Assembly (NCBI GenBank): GCA_963725665.1
Contig: CAVRZA010000008.1
Span: 160,001-224,000, forward strand
Reading direction: 5' to 3'
DNA: 64,000 bases
Source: an uncultured Actinomycetes bacterium
GTDB lineage: Bacteria; Actinomycetota; Thermoleophilia; UBA2241
Part shown: piece after piece, positions 22,308 to 32,827 of the stretch
Position numbering within the stretch: the stretch's first letter is position 1
Layout: each line of letters begins with the position of its first letter
Notes under the pieces: generated by a model
What the model was told of the DNA's origin: nothing
The model's database searches: none
What the model saw: only the letters and a program-made list of their open reading frames with translations
Translations under genes and position numbers: made by a program

Positions 22308-24419
22308 ATGGCGAAGAAGAAACGGATCGCCGACATCGCGCGCCAGCGCGGCACGAGCGTCGACGATGTGCTCGCCCGCCTCAAGCGAGTCGGCATCGAC
22401 GGGGTAGACGCGGAAGCGGAGGTCGACGAAGGCGACGTCGAACGTGCCTATGCGGCGCCGCAGGGCCAGCCGGCAGCGAGCCAGCCGGCAGCGAGCCAGC
22501 CGGCTAACACCCGGCCGGGCGGCGCCGGCGGTGGTAAGCGGCGCCGCGTCGTCATCGACGCCGGCGCATCGCGTCGCGGACCCGGACCGCAGCACGACAG
22601 GCGCAACCGGCGCGGCCGGCGCGGCGCGCCCGAGCAACTCGAGGAGCGCGCCGCGCCGGCCGTCACGGGCAAGGTCAAGGTGCCCTCGGGTGCTAACGTC
22701 AAAGAGGTCTCCCAGCTCCTGGGCATCTCCACCGGCGACATCATCAGGGCGATGATGGGCTATGGCGAGATGGTGACCATTACGCAGTCGCTCTCCGACG
22801 AGGCTGTCACCATCCTCGCCGACGACTTCAAGCGCCAGGTCGAGATCGTCCACGCTCAGGACGAGGTCGAGGAGGCCGAGGAGGCCTTCACCGACAAGCC
22901 CGAGGACCTCAAGCCGCGCTCGCCGGTGATCACCGTGATGGGTCACGTCGACCACGGCAAGACGAGCCTTCTCGACGCCATCCGCGAGACCGAGGTGGCG
23001 GCCGGCGAAGCCGGCGGCATCACGCAGCACATCGGCGCCTACCAGGTCAAACACGACGGCCGCCTCATCACCTTCCTCGACACCCCGGGCCACGAAGCCT
23101 TCACTGCCATGCGCGCGCGCGGCGCCAAGGTGACCGACATCGCCGCCATCGTCGTTGCGGCCGACGACGGCGTCATGCCTCAGACGGTGGAGGCAATCGA
23201 CCACGCCAAGGCCGCCGCCGTGCCGATCCTCATCGTGGTGAACAAGATCGACAAGCCCGAAGCCAACCCCGAGAAGATCAAGCAGCAGCTCACCGAGTAC
23301 GGCATCGTGCCCGAGGAGTGGGGCGGCGAGACCATCTTCGTCGAGACGAGCGCCAAGCAGCGCCTGGGCCTTGACAACTTCCTCGACATGCTGCTGCTCG
23401 TGGCCGAGATGACCGACCTGAAGGCCAACCCCGACGCCCCGGCCAGCGGCTACGTCATCGAGTCGAAGGTCGACCCCGGACGCGGCGTCGTGGCAACCAT
23501 GCTCGTCTTGCGCGGCAGCATCCGCGTCGGCGACGCCGTGGTCGCCGGCGAAGCCAGCGGCCGCGTGCGCGCCATGCGCGACTTCAAGGGTGCGCCGCTC
23601 GCGGAGGCCACGCCGGCGACGCCGGTCGAGATCGTCGGCTTCGACTCTTTGCCGCCGGCCGGAGAGTTCTGCCGCGTCGTGAAGGATGAGCGGCAGGCGC
23701 GCTCGTTGGCGCAGAAGCGCGCCAACCGGCTGCGTGCGGAGGAGCTCGCCAAGCAGCGCTCGCTGACCCTCGACGATCTGTTCGCGCGCATCGCGCAGGG
23801 CGAGGTCCAGGACCTCAACCTCATCGTCAAGGCCGACGTGGGCGGCAGCCTCGAGGCGGTCGAGGACGCCCTGAGGCAGATCGAGCACCCCGAGGTGCGC
23901 ATCGGCATCATCCACTCCGGCGTCGGCGGCATCACGGAGTCCGACGTCATGCTCGCCAGCGCCTCGAGCGCGATCATCATCGGCTTCAACGTGCGCCCCA
24001 ACCAGCCCGCGCAGGCGCTCGCAGAGCAGGAAGGCGTCGACATCCGCACCTACAGGGTGATCTACAAGGTCACCGAGGACGTGCGCGCCGCACTCATGGG
24101 CATGCTCAAGCCAGAGTTCGTCGAGCAGGTCATCGGCTCCGCGGAGGTGCGCCAGACGTTCAAGGCGTCGCGCCTGGGCACCATCGCCGGCTGCTACGTG
24201 ACCAACGGCAAGATCACGCGTACCGCCAGCGTCCGCGTCCTGCGTGACGGCGCCGTCGTCCACGACGGCAGGTTGGCGTCGCTGAAGCGGTTCCAGGAGG
24301 ACGTGCGCGAGGTGCTGGAGGGTTACGAGTGCGGTATCTTGCTCGACGGCTTCAACGACATCAAGGAAGAAGATGTCCTCGAAGCCTACGAGACCAAGGA
24401 AGTCGCTCGTGGCGGCTGA
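22308..24419 (+). CDS. infB: Translation initiation factor IF-2
   Basis: [18 protein letters not shown]. Confidence 0.98.
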   Translation: MAKKKRIADIARQRGTSVDDVLARLKRVGIDGVDAEAEVDEGDVERAYAAPQGQPAASQPAASQPANTRPGGAGGGKRRRVVIDAGASRRGPGPQHDRRNRRGRRGAPEQLEERAAPAVTGKVKVPSGANVKEVSQLLGISTGDIIRAMMGYGEMVTITQSLSDEAVTILADDFKRQVEIVHAQDEVEEAEEAFTDKPEDLKPRSPVITVMGHVDHGKTSLLDAIRETEVAAGEAGGITQHIGAYQVKHDGRLITFLDTPGHEAFTAMRARGAKVTDIAAIVVAADDGVMPQTVEAIDHAKAAAVPILIVVNKIDKPEANPEKIKQQLTEYGIVPEEWGGETIFVETSAKQRLGLDNFLDMLLLVAEMTDLKANPDAPASGYVIESKVDPGRGVVATMLVLRGSIRVGDAVVAGEASGRVRAMRDFKGAPLAEATPATPVEIVGFDSLPPAGEFCRVVKDERQARSLAQKRANRLRAEELAKQRSLTLDDLFARIAQGEVQDLNLIVKADVGGSLEAVEDALRQIEHPEVRIGIIHSGVGGITESDVMLASASSAIIIGFNVRPNQPAQALAEQEGVDIRTYRVIYKVTEDVRAALMGMLKPEFVEQVIGSAEVRQTFKASRLGTIAGCYVTNGKITRTASVRVLRDGAVVHDGRLASLKRFQEDVREVLEGYECGILLDGFNDIKEEDVLEAYETKEVARGG
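22465..22504 (+). repeat. 15-nt tandem repeat (2.7 copies) in the infB N-terminus
   Basis: GCCAGCCGGCAGCGA repeated; encodes QPAAS. Confidence 0.85.
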
Positions 24420-24732
24420 GGCTTACATCGGCCTGCTCTTGGCCGACCTGCACTTCCCCGAGAACCGCTCGCTCAAGGACAAGCGCTCGCCTCTGGCTTC
24501 GCTGCGCGACGTGGTCCAGCTGCGCTTCAAGGCGTCGTTCAGCGAGGTGAGCCTCCAGGAGAGCTGGCAGCGGGCGCGGGTGCTCATCGTGCTTGCCGCC
24601 TCGTCGGCGAGCCAGGCGCAGGAACGTATCGACGAGATCGACCGCTACCTGCACGGGCAGGAGTTCGAGGTGGCCTGGGTCGTCCGCAAGTCGGTCGACG
24701 CGGTGGAGGTCGAATGGGACGCCGCCTTCTGA
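24409..24732 (+). CDS. DUF503/YlxP family protein
   Basis: SLKDKRS...RF..S.SEV..Q..WQRA; lies between infB and rbfA. Confidence 0.85.
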   Translation: MAAEAYIGLLLADLHFPENRSLKDKRSPLASLRDVVQLRFKASFSEVSLQESWQRARVLIVLAASSASQAQERIDEIDRYLHGQEFEVAWVVRKSVDAVEVEWDAAF

Positions 24733-25127
24733 AGGTGAACGAGGCGGTCCGCGAGGTCCTCTCGAGCGTGATCGCCGAGGGCCTCAAAGACCCCCGCATC
24801 GGGTTCGTCACCGTGACCTCGGTCGAGACTTCGACCGACCTTCGGCACGCCAAGGTGTTCGTGAGTGTGCTCGGTGGGCAGCGTGAGCGCGAGGAGACGC
24901 TGGCCGGGCTGCGCTCGTCGCACGGCTACCTGCAGGAGCGCGTGGCCGAGGCGGTGCGCCTGAAGCGGACGCCACAGCTCGAGTTCGTCTACGACGGATC
25001 GGTCGATCGTGGCATGCGCATCAACGAGCTCCTGCAGCGCTACGAGGCCGAGGTGCGCGAGGCGGACGGCGAGGACGGCGCGACGGGGGAGAGGGGCGCA
25101 CGGGACACCGCCGAGGAGACCGGGTGA
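24714..25127 (+). CDS. rbfA: Ribosome-binding factor A
   Basis: LKDPRIGFVTVT, DLRHAKVF, RTPQLEF. Confidence 0.96.
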   Translation: MGRRLLKVNEAVREVLSSVIAEGLKDPRIGFVTVTSVETSTDLRHAKVFVSVLGGQREREETLAGLRSSHGYLQERVAEAVRLKRTPQLEFVYDGSVDRGMRINELLQRYEAEVREADGEDGATGERGARDTAEETG

Positions 25128-26104
25128 CGAACTGTGCCGCGGCCGATCTCGACGCCGTCTGCCGCGCCATGAGAAGCGAGACGCTTGTCGCGGTGGCCGT
25201 CCACGAGAACCCCGACTACGACGCCGTGGGCGCCGCGGTCGGGCTCCTCGACCTGTTCGCGCAGCTCGGCGTCGAGGGCCACCTGTTCGTCGACGCCGAC
25301 GAGCGGCTGCCCGACGCCGAGCACATCGTGCCGCCCGGCGCGGTCGTCCGCAGCCTCCCCCCGCAGGAAGCCTCACTCTATGCCCTCGACTGCGGCTCCT
25401 TCGACCGCATCGCGCTGCCGCTCGACGTCTGGCGAGGGCGCCTGGTCGACATCGACCATCACCCCGACAACACCGCTTTCGGCGAGTTGAACCTACTGCG
25501 GCCTCAGGCGGCCAGCACCTCCGAGATCGTCTGCGAGCTCGCCGGTCGCCTCGGACTGACGCCGTCCGCGATCGCCGCGGCGGCCCTCTACACCGGCATC
25601 TCCTTCGACACGGGGCACTTCCGCCACGCGAACACGACCGCCGACACTCTGCGCTGTGCCGCGGACCTCGTCGCGGGGGGCGCCGCTCCCGACGAGCTCT
25701 ACCGCGAACTGTACGAGCGGCGTACCTTCGCCGGGCTGCAGCTCTGGGGGCGCGCCGTCGCCGGCGCCCGCCGCGTAGCCGGCGGACGGGCCGTGGTGAG
25801 CGTCCTGACACTCGCCGACTACGAAGCCACGGGCGCCGGGGAGGACGAGACCGAGGGCATCGTCGATTCGCTGCGCGCCCTCGACGGCGTCGACGCGGCC
25901 GCTCTCGTCAAGGAACAGACGAGGGGAGCACGGGTGCGCGTCAGTCTGCGCTCGCAGGAGCTCGACGTGGGCGCGCTCGCGGCGGCTCTCGGAGGAGGGG
26001 GCCACCGCAACGCGGCCGGGTTCTCGAGCGATGACGGACCGGAGGAGGTGGCCCGCTGGCTCAGTTCAGAACTCGCCGGGCGCCTGGCGACGGCATCCTC
26101 CTGA
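25124..26104 (+). CDS. nrnA: DHH/DHHA1 phosphoesterase (NrnA-like)
   Basis: HENPDYD, IDHH, DTG, GGGH. Confidence 0.88.
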   Translation: MTNCAAADLDAVCRAMRSETLVAVAVHENPDYDAVGAAVGLLDLFAQLGVEGHLFVDADERLPDAEHIVPPGAVVRSLPPQEASLYALDCGSFDRIALPLDVWRGRLVDIDHHPDNTAFGELNLLRPQAASTSEIVCELAGRLGLTPSAIAAAALYTGISFDTGHFRHANTTADTLRCAADLVAGGAAPDELYRELYERRTFAGLQLWGRAVAGARRVAGGRAVVSVLTLADYEATGAGEDETEGIVDSLRALDGVDAAALVKEQTRGARVRVSLRSQELDVGALAAALGGGGHRNAAGFSSDDGPEEVARWLSSELAGRLATASS

Positions 26105-26967
26105 TCGACAAGCCGAGTGGCTGCACCTCGCACGACGTGGTCGCGAGAGTACGGCGCCTGCTGCGCCCCGCAGTGAAGAAGGTGGGTCATGCCGGCACAC
26201 TCGACCCGTTCGCCACCGGGCTCCTCATCGTGCTCGTCGGCCGCGCCACCAAGCTGGCGCGCTTCTTCGTCGACTTGCCCAAGGAGTACGTGGGCACACT
26301 GCGCTTCGGCTTCACCTCCGACAGCGGCGACCGCACGGGCGAGCTCGACCGCACGGCGAAGACGGTGACTCTCGACGAGGTCTCCGCCGTGTTGCCGCGG
26401 TTCATCGGCCACGTCACGCAGACCGTTCCCATGACTTCGGCCGTGAAGGTCGACGGCGAACGCCTGTACAAGAAAGCGCACCGCGGCGAGGTGATCGAGA
26501 CACCCACCAAGGAGGTCGAGATCTCGTCGATCGAGGTGCTCGACTTCGACGGCCGGGCGCAGACGATGTTGGCCCGCGTCATCTGCTCGAAGGGGACCTA
26601 CGTCCGCCAACTGGCCATCGACATCGGCGAGGCGATCGGCGCCGGCGCCTACCTCGAGGAGCTGGCGCGGGCTGCGATCGGCCCGTTCAGGCTCGATGGC
26701 GCACAGCCGCTGGCCGAGTTCGAGGCGGCTGTCGTGGCGCGCGACGACGGCGACGAGCGCATCCCCGGACTGCTGACGCCTGGCGGGGCGCTCCAGTTCC
26801 TGCCCGCCGTGGAGATCGGCGCTGCCCAGGTCCCCGGTGTGCGCAACGGCGCGCGGCTGCCCGCGGCTGCGCAAGAGGCAGTGCGGGTCGTCCACCGCGG
26901 AGAGCTTCTGGCGGTCTACGGCCCAGCCGAGGACGGCCGTGCCTTGAAGCCGCTCGTCATGATGTGA
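26056..26967 (+). CDS. truB: tRNA pseudouridine-55 synthase (start CTG 26056 inferred)
   Basis: DGILLIDKPSGCTSHDVV begins upstream of first canonical start; GHAGTLDP, CSKGTYVR. Confidence 0.94.
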   Translation: MAQFRTRRAPGDGILLIDKPSGCTSHDVVARVRRLLRPAVKKVGHAGTLDPFATGLLIVLVGRATKLARFFVDLPKEYVGTLRFGFTSDSGDRTGELDRTAKTVTLDEVSAVLPRFIGHVTQTVPMTSAVKVDGERLYKKAHRGEVIETPTKEVEISSIEVLDFDGRAQTMLARVICSKGTYVRQLAIDIGEAIGAGAYLEELARAAIGPFRLDGAQPLAEFEAAVVARDDGDERIPGLLTPGGALQFLPAVEIGAAQVPGVRNGARLPAAAQEAVRVVHRGELLAVYGPAEDGRALKPLVMM

Positions 26968-27051
26968 GGGGCGGGAGATGGTGGCCACTCAGTCGTTCGA
27001 TGGGTGCTCCGCAACCATGAGCCAGAGACTTGTGGTGACGAAGGACGCGGG

Positions 27052-28056
27052 GTGGAGACCGTAAGGGACCTGGGCGCGCTGGCGCGCCGCCCCCGCGCGA
27101 TCGCCATCGGCACCTTCGATGGCGTGCACATCGGGCACCAGCGCGTCATCGGACTCGCCGTCGAGGCGGCGCGCGAGCGCGGTATCACGTCAGCCGCCGT
27201 CACGTTCGAGCACCACCCACTGGCCGTCATCGCCCCTCACCGTCAACCCCGCCTGCTGACGTCGCTCACGCTCAAGATAGAGTTCATCGCCGACCTGGGC
27301 GTCGATGAGACAGTCGTCTTGCCGTTCGACCATGCGATGGCGGCCATGACGCCGGAGGAGTTCTGCGCCCTCCTCGCCGAGCAGCTGACGGCGCGAGTCG
27401 TGGTGGTAGGCGGCAACTTCACCTTCGGCGCCGGCGCCAGGGGCACATCGGCCGACCTGGCGGGATGCGGCCGCGTGCACGGGTTCGAGGCCAAGATCGT
27501 CCCCCTCGTGCTGGCCGGCGGGCGACCGATCTCTTCGTCACGCATCCGCGAGCTCGTGCAAGGCGGCAGGCTCGCGGAGGCGCGTGAGATCCTCGGCCGC
27601 CCGCCGCGTGCCATCGGCAGCGTAGTGCGCGGCTTCGAACGCGGGCGACGCCTCGGCTTTCCGACAGCGAATATCGAGGCCCACACCGGCACGCTGTTCC
27701 CGGGCCTCGGCGTCTACGCGGCCCGGGCGCAAGTCGACGGTCGCTGGTACCGCGCGGCGGTCAACGTGGGCCACAACCCCACCTTCGTGCATCACGGCGA
27801 CGAGCTGGGCACTGTGCACGTCGAGGCCTACCTCATCGGCTTCGAGGGCGACATCTACGGCCGCGAGGTGCGCCTAGACTTCCTCGAGAAGATCCGCGAC
27901 GAGATCGCGTTCGAGTATGTCGACGATCTCGTCGCTCGGATGCACGCCGATGTCGCGCACGTCAAGTCCCTCGACGACGCCTGCTACGCCGACGTAGGCC
28001 TCGCAGTCGGCGAGTCGGCGCCGGGTGCGGCTCGCTCCGACGCACCCGGCGCGTAG
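27052..28056 (+). CDS. ribF: Riboflavin kinase/FAD synthetase
   Basis: [25 protein letters not shown]. Confidence 0.95.
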   Translation: METVRDLGALARRPRAIAIGTFDGVHIGHQRVIGLAVEAARERGITSAAVTFEHHPLAVIAPHRQPRLLTSLTLKIEFIADLGVDETVVLPFDHAMAAMTPEEFCALLAEQLTARVVVVGGNFTFGAGARGTSADLAGCGRVHGFEAKIVPLVLAGGRPISSSRIRELVQGGRLAEAREILGRPPRAIGSVVRGFERGRRLGFPTANIEAHTGTLFPGLGVYAARAQVDGRWYRAAVNVGHNPTFVHHGDELGTVHVEAYLIGFEGDIYGREVRLDFLEKIRDEIAFEYVDDLVARMHADVAHVKSLDDACYADVGLAVGESAPGAARSDAPGA

Positions 28057-28244
28057 TGCCCGCCCAGACGGATCGCTCGCCCACGGCGACCGCGCCGCCA
28101 TCCACGCTCGGGCGGGCCGCTTCGCCGCCCGCCCTGTTTGTCGACCCGCGTCCGTGTGGTATGGTACCCGGCGACCGTCTCTCGGTCTGGGGCCGCCGAC
28201 CCCTCACTGGGTTTCCGGATCATCCCGCAAGGGAGGTGATTCCC

Positions 28245-28514
28245 CTGGCACTCACGAAGGACGCGAAGAGCGAGATCATCACCAAGCACGCCAAGCACGA
28301 CGGCGACACGGGTTCGCCCGAAGTGCAGATCGCTCTCCTCACGACGCGCATCAACACCCTCACGGAACATCTCAAGACGCACAAGAAGGACCACCACTCG
28401 CGCCGTGGCCTCCTGATGATGGTCGGCCACCGCCGCCGCCTGCTCGACTACCTGCAGGCGAAGGACGTGGAGCGCTACCGTTCTCTGGTGAAGGAGCTCG
28501 AGCTGCGCAAGTAG
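28245..28514 (+). CDS. rpsO: 30S ribosomal protein S15 (start CTG 28245 inferred)
   Basis: [24 protein letters not shown]. Confidence 0.97.
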   Translation: MALTKDAKSEIITKHAKHDGDTGSPEVQIALLTTRINTLTEHLKTHKKDHHSRRGLLMMVGHRRRLLDYLQAKDVERYRSLVKELELRK

Positions 28515-28603
28515 CGGCCCCCGGGGGGAGCGCCCCACCGGCGATACGACGAAAGCCCGCGCGCATCGACGACGCTGCGGGCAAAGAAGGAAGAGAGAAG
28601 TAG

Positions 28604-30706
28604 ATGACAAGAGTAGAAGCTGAGATCGGCGGCAAGGCGATCTCCCTCGAGACGGGCAAGCTGGCGAAGCAGGCCAACGGCGCCGTTCTCGTCCGCTGCG
28701 GCGACACGATGGTGCTCGTCACCGCGGTCGGACGCGAGGAGGGCCGCGAGGGGCAGGACTTCTTCCCCCTCACGGTCGACATCGAGGAACGGATGTACGC
28801 CGCCGGCAAGATCCCCGGCGGTTTCATCAAGCGCGAATCGCGACCCAGCGAGAAGGCGATCCTCACGGCGCGGCTCATCGACCGCCCCATCAGGCCCTCG
28901 TTCCCCAAAGGTTTCATGAACGAGGTGCAGATCATCGGCACAGTGCTGTCGGTCGACCAGGAGAACGCCTACGACGTGCTCGCCATGCTGGGCGCGTCGG
29001 CGGCTCTGCACGTCTCCGAGATCCCCTTCTTGGGGCCCATCGGCTCGGTGCGCATCGGCATCATCGACGGCGAGTACGTCGTCAACCCCACGCTCGAGCA
29101 GCTCCAGACGGCCACGCTCGACATCGTCGTCTCCGGCTCGCGCGACGCGTTGAAGATGGTCGAGGCGGGCGCCCGCGAGGTCACCGAAGAGCAGGTCCTC
29201 GAGGCCCTGCGCTTGGCCCAGGCGGAGCTCGTCAAGCTCATCGACCTCCAGGACCGGCTGCGTAGCGAAGCGGGCAAGGAGAAGTGGCCCGTCCCCGAGT
29301 GGAGCATCGATCAGGGGATCTACAACCAGATCAAGGAGCGCTTCGGCGCCGAGCTCGACCGGGCGACGCAGGTCGAGGACAAGCGCGGGCGCTCGGAGGC
29401 GACCGTCGAGGTGCGCCAGCAGGCGCTCGAGGCCTTCGCCCCCGGCGATGGGGAGGAGCCCGACCCCGAGCGCATGCTCCAGGCGCGACGCGCCTTCGCG
29501 CAGCTCGAGAAGGACATCATCCGGCGGCGCATCGCCGTCGAGAAGCGGCGTCCCGACGGGCGCGGCCTCGACGAGATCAGGCTGGTGAGCGCCGAAGTGG
29601 GCGTCTCCCCGCGCACTCACGGCAGCGCCCTCTTCACGCGCGGCCAGACGCAGGCGATGACCCTGATCACGCTGGGGGCCACCGGTGAGCACCAGCGCAT
29701 CGACGGTCTCGGCCTCGAGGACTCGAAGCGCTACCTGCACCACTACAACTTCCCGCCCTTCTCGGTGGGTGAGACGGGGTTCATGCGGGGACCGAAGCGG
29801 CGCGACATCGGGCACGGCGCCCTCGCTGAGCGCGCCCTGCTGCCGATGGTGCCCGACGAGAAGGACTTCCCCTACACGCTGCGGCTCGTGAGCGAGATCC
29901 TCGAGAGCAACGGCTCGTCGTCGATGGCCAGTGTCTGCGGGTCGACGCTGGCCCTCATGGACGCCGGAGTGCAGATCAAGGCTCCGGTGGCCGGCATCGC
30001 CATGGGGCTGGTCAAGGAGGGCGACGACTACGTCGTCCTGACCGACATCGCCGGCGTCGAGGACCACCTCGGCGACATGGACTTCAAGGTGGCGGGCTCG
30101 AGCGAGGGCATCACCGCCTTGCAGATGGACATCAAGATCAGCGGCGTGTCGGTGGCGATGCTCCAGGAGGCTCTCGAGCAGGCGCGCAAGGCGCGTCTCT
30201 TCATCCTCGGCAAGATGCTCGAGGTGATCCCCGAACCGAGAGCTGAGCTCTCACCGTACGCGCCGCGCATCATCACGATGCAGATCAATCCCGACCAGAT
30301 CGGCATGGTCATCGGCAAGGGCGGCGAGACCATCAAGGGCATGGTCGAGGAGTTCGGCGTCACGATCGACATCGAGGACGACGGTACGGTCTTCATCTGC
30401 GCGCCCGACATGGCCACGGCCGAGGCGGTCACCGAGCGCATCACCAGCATGACCAAGGACGTCGAGATCGGCGACATCATCACCGGCAAGGTCGTCAAGA
30501 CGACCGCCTTCGGCGCCTTTGTCGAGCTCAAGAAGGGCGTCGATGGCCTCATCCACATCTCGAAGCTGGGCAAGGACGGAGAGCGCGTGGCACGCGTCGA
30601 GGACGTCGTGAACCGCGGTGACGTCGTCACCGTCGAGGTGGTCGAGGTTGACCAACAGCGGGGCCGCATCGGTCTCAAGCCGATCGACCTGAACGTGAAC
30701 CGCTAG
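28604..30706 (+). CDS. pnp: Polyribonucleotide nucleotidyltransferase
   Basis: FFPLTVD, ESNGSSSMASVCG, GDMDFKVAG, KH and S1 domains. Confidence 0.98.
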   Translation: MTRVEAEIGGKAISLETGKLAKQANGAVLVRCGDTMVLVTAVGREEGREGQDFFPLTVDIEERMYAAGKIPGGFIKRESRPSEKAILTARLIDRPIRPSFPKGFMNEVQIIGTVLSVDQENAYDVLAMLGASAALHVSEIPFLGPIGSVRIGIIDGEYVVNPTLEQLQTATLDIVVSGSRDALKMVEAGAREVTEEQVLEALRLAQAELVKLIDLQDRLRSEAGKEKWPVPEWSIDQGIYNQIKERFGAELDRATQVEDKRGRSEATVEVRQQALEAFAPGDGEEPDPERMLQARRAFAQLEKDIIRRRIAVEKRRPDGRGLDEIRLVSAEVGVSPRTHGSALFTRGQTQAMTLITLGATGEHQRIDGLGLEDSKRYLHHYNFPPFSVGETGFMRGPKRRDIGHGALAERALLPMVPDEKDFPYTLRLVSEILESNGSSSMASVCGSTLALMDAGVQIKAPVAGIAMGLVKEGDDYVVLTDIAGVEDHLGDMDFKVAGSSEGITALQMDIKISGVSVAMLQEALEQARKARLFILGKMLEVIPEPRAELSPYAPRIITMQINPDQIGMVIGKGGETIKGMVEEFGVTIDIEDDGTVFICAPDMATAEAVTERITSMTKDVEIGDIITGKVVKTTAFGAFVELKKGVDGLIHISKLGKDGERVARVEDVVNRGDVVTVEVVEVDQQRGRIGLKPIDLNVNR

Positions 30707-30730
30707 GGAGAGAGCGCGGAGGCCTCAGCT

Positions 30731-32005
30731 ATCGAAGGCTTCGAGCTCTCGACGCTCGAGGGCGGGCTCCGGGTCGCCAGCCAACGGCTGCCCGGGGTCC
30801 GCTCGATCGCGCTCGGCGTCTGGATCGGCGCCGGCTCGCGCCTCGAGACGGCCGCGCAGGCCGGTATCTCGCACTTCATCGAGCACCTGATCTTCAAGGG
30901 CAGCGAGCGCTACTCGGCCTGGGACATCGCGCGCATCTTCGACGAGATGGGCGGCGAGATCAACGCCGCCACGTCGAAGGAGTACACGATCGTCCACGCC
31001 CGCTTTCTCGACGAGCAGCTCGAGACGGCCCTGACGGTCATCGCCGACATGGTGCGTAACCCGCTGTTCGCCGACCTCGAGGCCGAGCGCGAGGTCGTGC
31101 TCGAAGAGGTCGCCATGTACGAGGACTCGCCGCAGGAGCTCGTGCACGACGTGCTGGCCGAGGCGGTCTTCGACAGCCACCCGCTGGGGCGAGCGGTCAT
31201 TGGCCGGGCCGAGTCGCTGCGCGCGACCGACAAAGCCGCCGTGCAGGCCTACCACGGCGCGTACTACGTGAGCCCGGCGATCGTGCTGGCCGCCGCCGGC
31301 AACGTCGATCACGGACGGCTCTGTGAGCTGACGCAGAAGCACCTGGCGGGCGGCGCGGCGGGTCCCTCCGTCGCGCCGCCCGCCATCGCGCCCGCCCAGC
31401 CCGCGCCGCGGCATGTGGCCACCTTCACGCTCAAGGAGACGGAGCAGTACCACGTCTGCTTGGGCGGCCTCGGGCTGGCCCGCAACGACCCGCGGCGCTT
31501 CGCCCTCTCGGTCGTCGACACGGCCATCGGCGGCTCGTCGAGCTCGCGCCTCTTCCAGGAGGTGCGCGAGAAGCGCGGCCTCGCCTACTCCGTGTACTCG
31601 TACACCTCGCTCTACGCCGAGACCGGCCTCGTGGCCGTCTACGTGGGCTCACGCCAGGAAGCGCTGGCCGAGGCTATGGGCATCATCCGTGAGGAGCTCA
31701 CCCAAGCCGACCGGCTCCCCGGGGCCGAGATCGCGCGAGCGAAAGCCCACCTCAAGGGCCAGATGGTCCTCAGCATGGAGAGCCCGTCGGCGCGCATGCA
31801 CCAGCTCGGCCGCTCTGTGCTGAGCGGCATCGAGATCCTCTCGCTCGACGAGCTCCTCGCCAAGGTAGAAGCCGTCACCTACGAGGAGGCCATCGAGACG
31901 GCGCGGGCCTACTACGGCCTCGAGCGCTGGTCGACCGTCTGCATCGGCCCCGACGCGGCGCCGTTCCGCGCCGCCGTCCCCGACTTCACCTGGGAGGGCG
32001 CATGA
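30731..32005 (+). CDS. M16 (pitrilysin family) zinc peptidase (start ATC 30731 inferred)
   Basis: HFIEH (HxxEH) at 30872-30886; SSRLFQEVREKRGLAY; pnp-M16-dapB order. Confidence 0.93.
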   Translation: MEGFELSTLEGGLRVASQRLPGVRSIALGVWIGAGSRLETAAQAGISHFIEHLIFKGSERYSAWDIARIFDEMGGEINAATSKEYTIVHARFLDEQLETALTVIADMVRNPLFADLEAEREVVLEEVAMYEDSPQELVHDVLAEAVFDSHPLGRAVIGRAESLRATDKAAVQAYHGAYYVSPAIVLAAAGNVDHGRLCELTQKHLAGGAAGPSVAPPAIAPAQPAPRHVATFTLKETEQYHVCLGGLGLARNDPRRFALSVVDTAIGGSSSSRLFQEVREKRGLAYSVYSYTSLYAETGLVAVYVGSRQEALAEAMGIIREELTQADRLPGAEIARAKAHLKGQMVLSMESPSARMHQLGRSVLSGIEILSLDELLAKVEAVTYEEAIETARAYYGLERWSTVCIGPDAAPFRAAVPDFTWEGA

Positions 32006-32799
32006 TCGACGTGCTCGTGAACGGCGCCAAGGGGAGGATGGGCTCCCTGGTAGCCGCGACCCTGGCCGCGCAGGACGACCTGCGCCCCGTAGCGCTCGTC
32101 GACCCCGGCTTCGCGCCGGGCGAGACGGTCGAGCTGTCGGGCGCCGGGGTAGTGCCGACGTTCGCCACGCTGCACGATGCGCTTGCCGTGGTGAGGCCGC
32201 AGGTCGGCGTCGAGTTCACCCTGCCGGGCACGGTCTTCGACAACGTCACGCAACTCCTCTCGGCCAAGGTGCACACCGTCGTCGGCACTAGCGGCCTCGG
32301 GGAGAGCCACATCGACCTGCTCGCCTCGGTCGCCGCCTCCAACCACGTCAACCTGTTCATAAGCCCCAACTTCGCCCTCGGCGCGGTCTTGCTCATGCGC
32401 TTCGCGCAGCAGGCGGCGGCGTTCTACGAGGCGGCCGAGGTCGTCGAGCTGCATCACGACCGCAAGGCCGACGCCCCGTCGGGTACCGCGCTGCGCACCG
32501 CTCAGCTCATCGACGAGGCGCGTCGCCGGGCGCGGGGCGGCGCCGCCGCGGCGCCGCCCCGCGCCGAAGACGCGCCCTCGCGGGGCCTGTCCATCGGCAG
32601 CGTGCACGTGCACAGCGTGCGCCTGAGCGGCCTCGTGGCTCATCAGGAGGTCCTCTTCGGCGGCGAGGGCGAGGTGTTCACCCTGCGCCATGACTGCACG
32701 GCCCGGGAGTCGTTCATGCCCGGCGTGCTCATGGCTGTGCGCGCGGTGCCCGGACTGAGCGGCACGGTGGTAGGGTTAGAGAACCTGTTGGGCATCTGA
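32002..32799 (+). CDS. dapB: 4-hydroxy-tetrahydrodipicolinate reductase
   Basis: GAKGRMG, ELHHDRKADAPSGTA. Confidence 0.96.
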   Translation: MIDVLVNGAKGRMGSLVAATLAAQDDLRPVALVDPGFAPGETVELSGAGVVPTFATLHDALAVVRPQVGVEFTLPGTVFDNVTQLLSAKVHTVVGTSGLGESHIDLLASVAASNHVNLFISPNFALGAVLLMRFAQQAAAFYEAAEVVELHHDRKADAPSGTALRTAQLIDEARRRARGGAAAAPPRAEDAPSRGLSIGSVHVHSVRLSGLVAHQEVLFGGEGEVFTLRHDCTARESFMPGVLMAVRAVPGLSGTVVGLENLLGI

Positions 32800-32827
32800 C
32801 TCGGGGCGAATGGAAGGGAGCCGAGAG

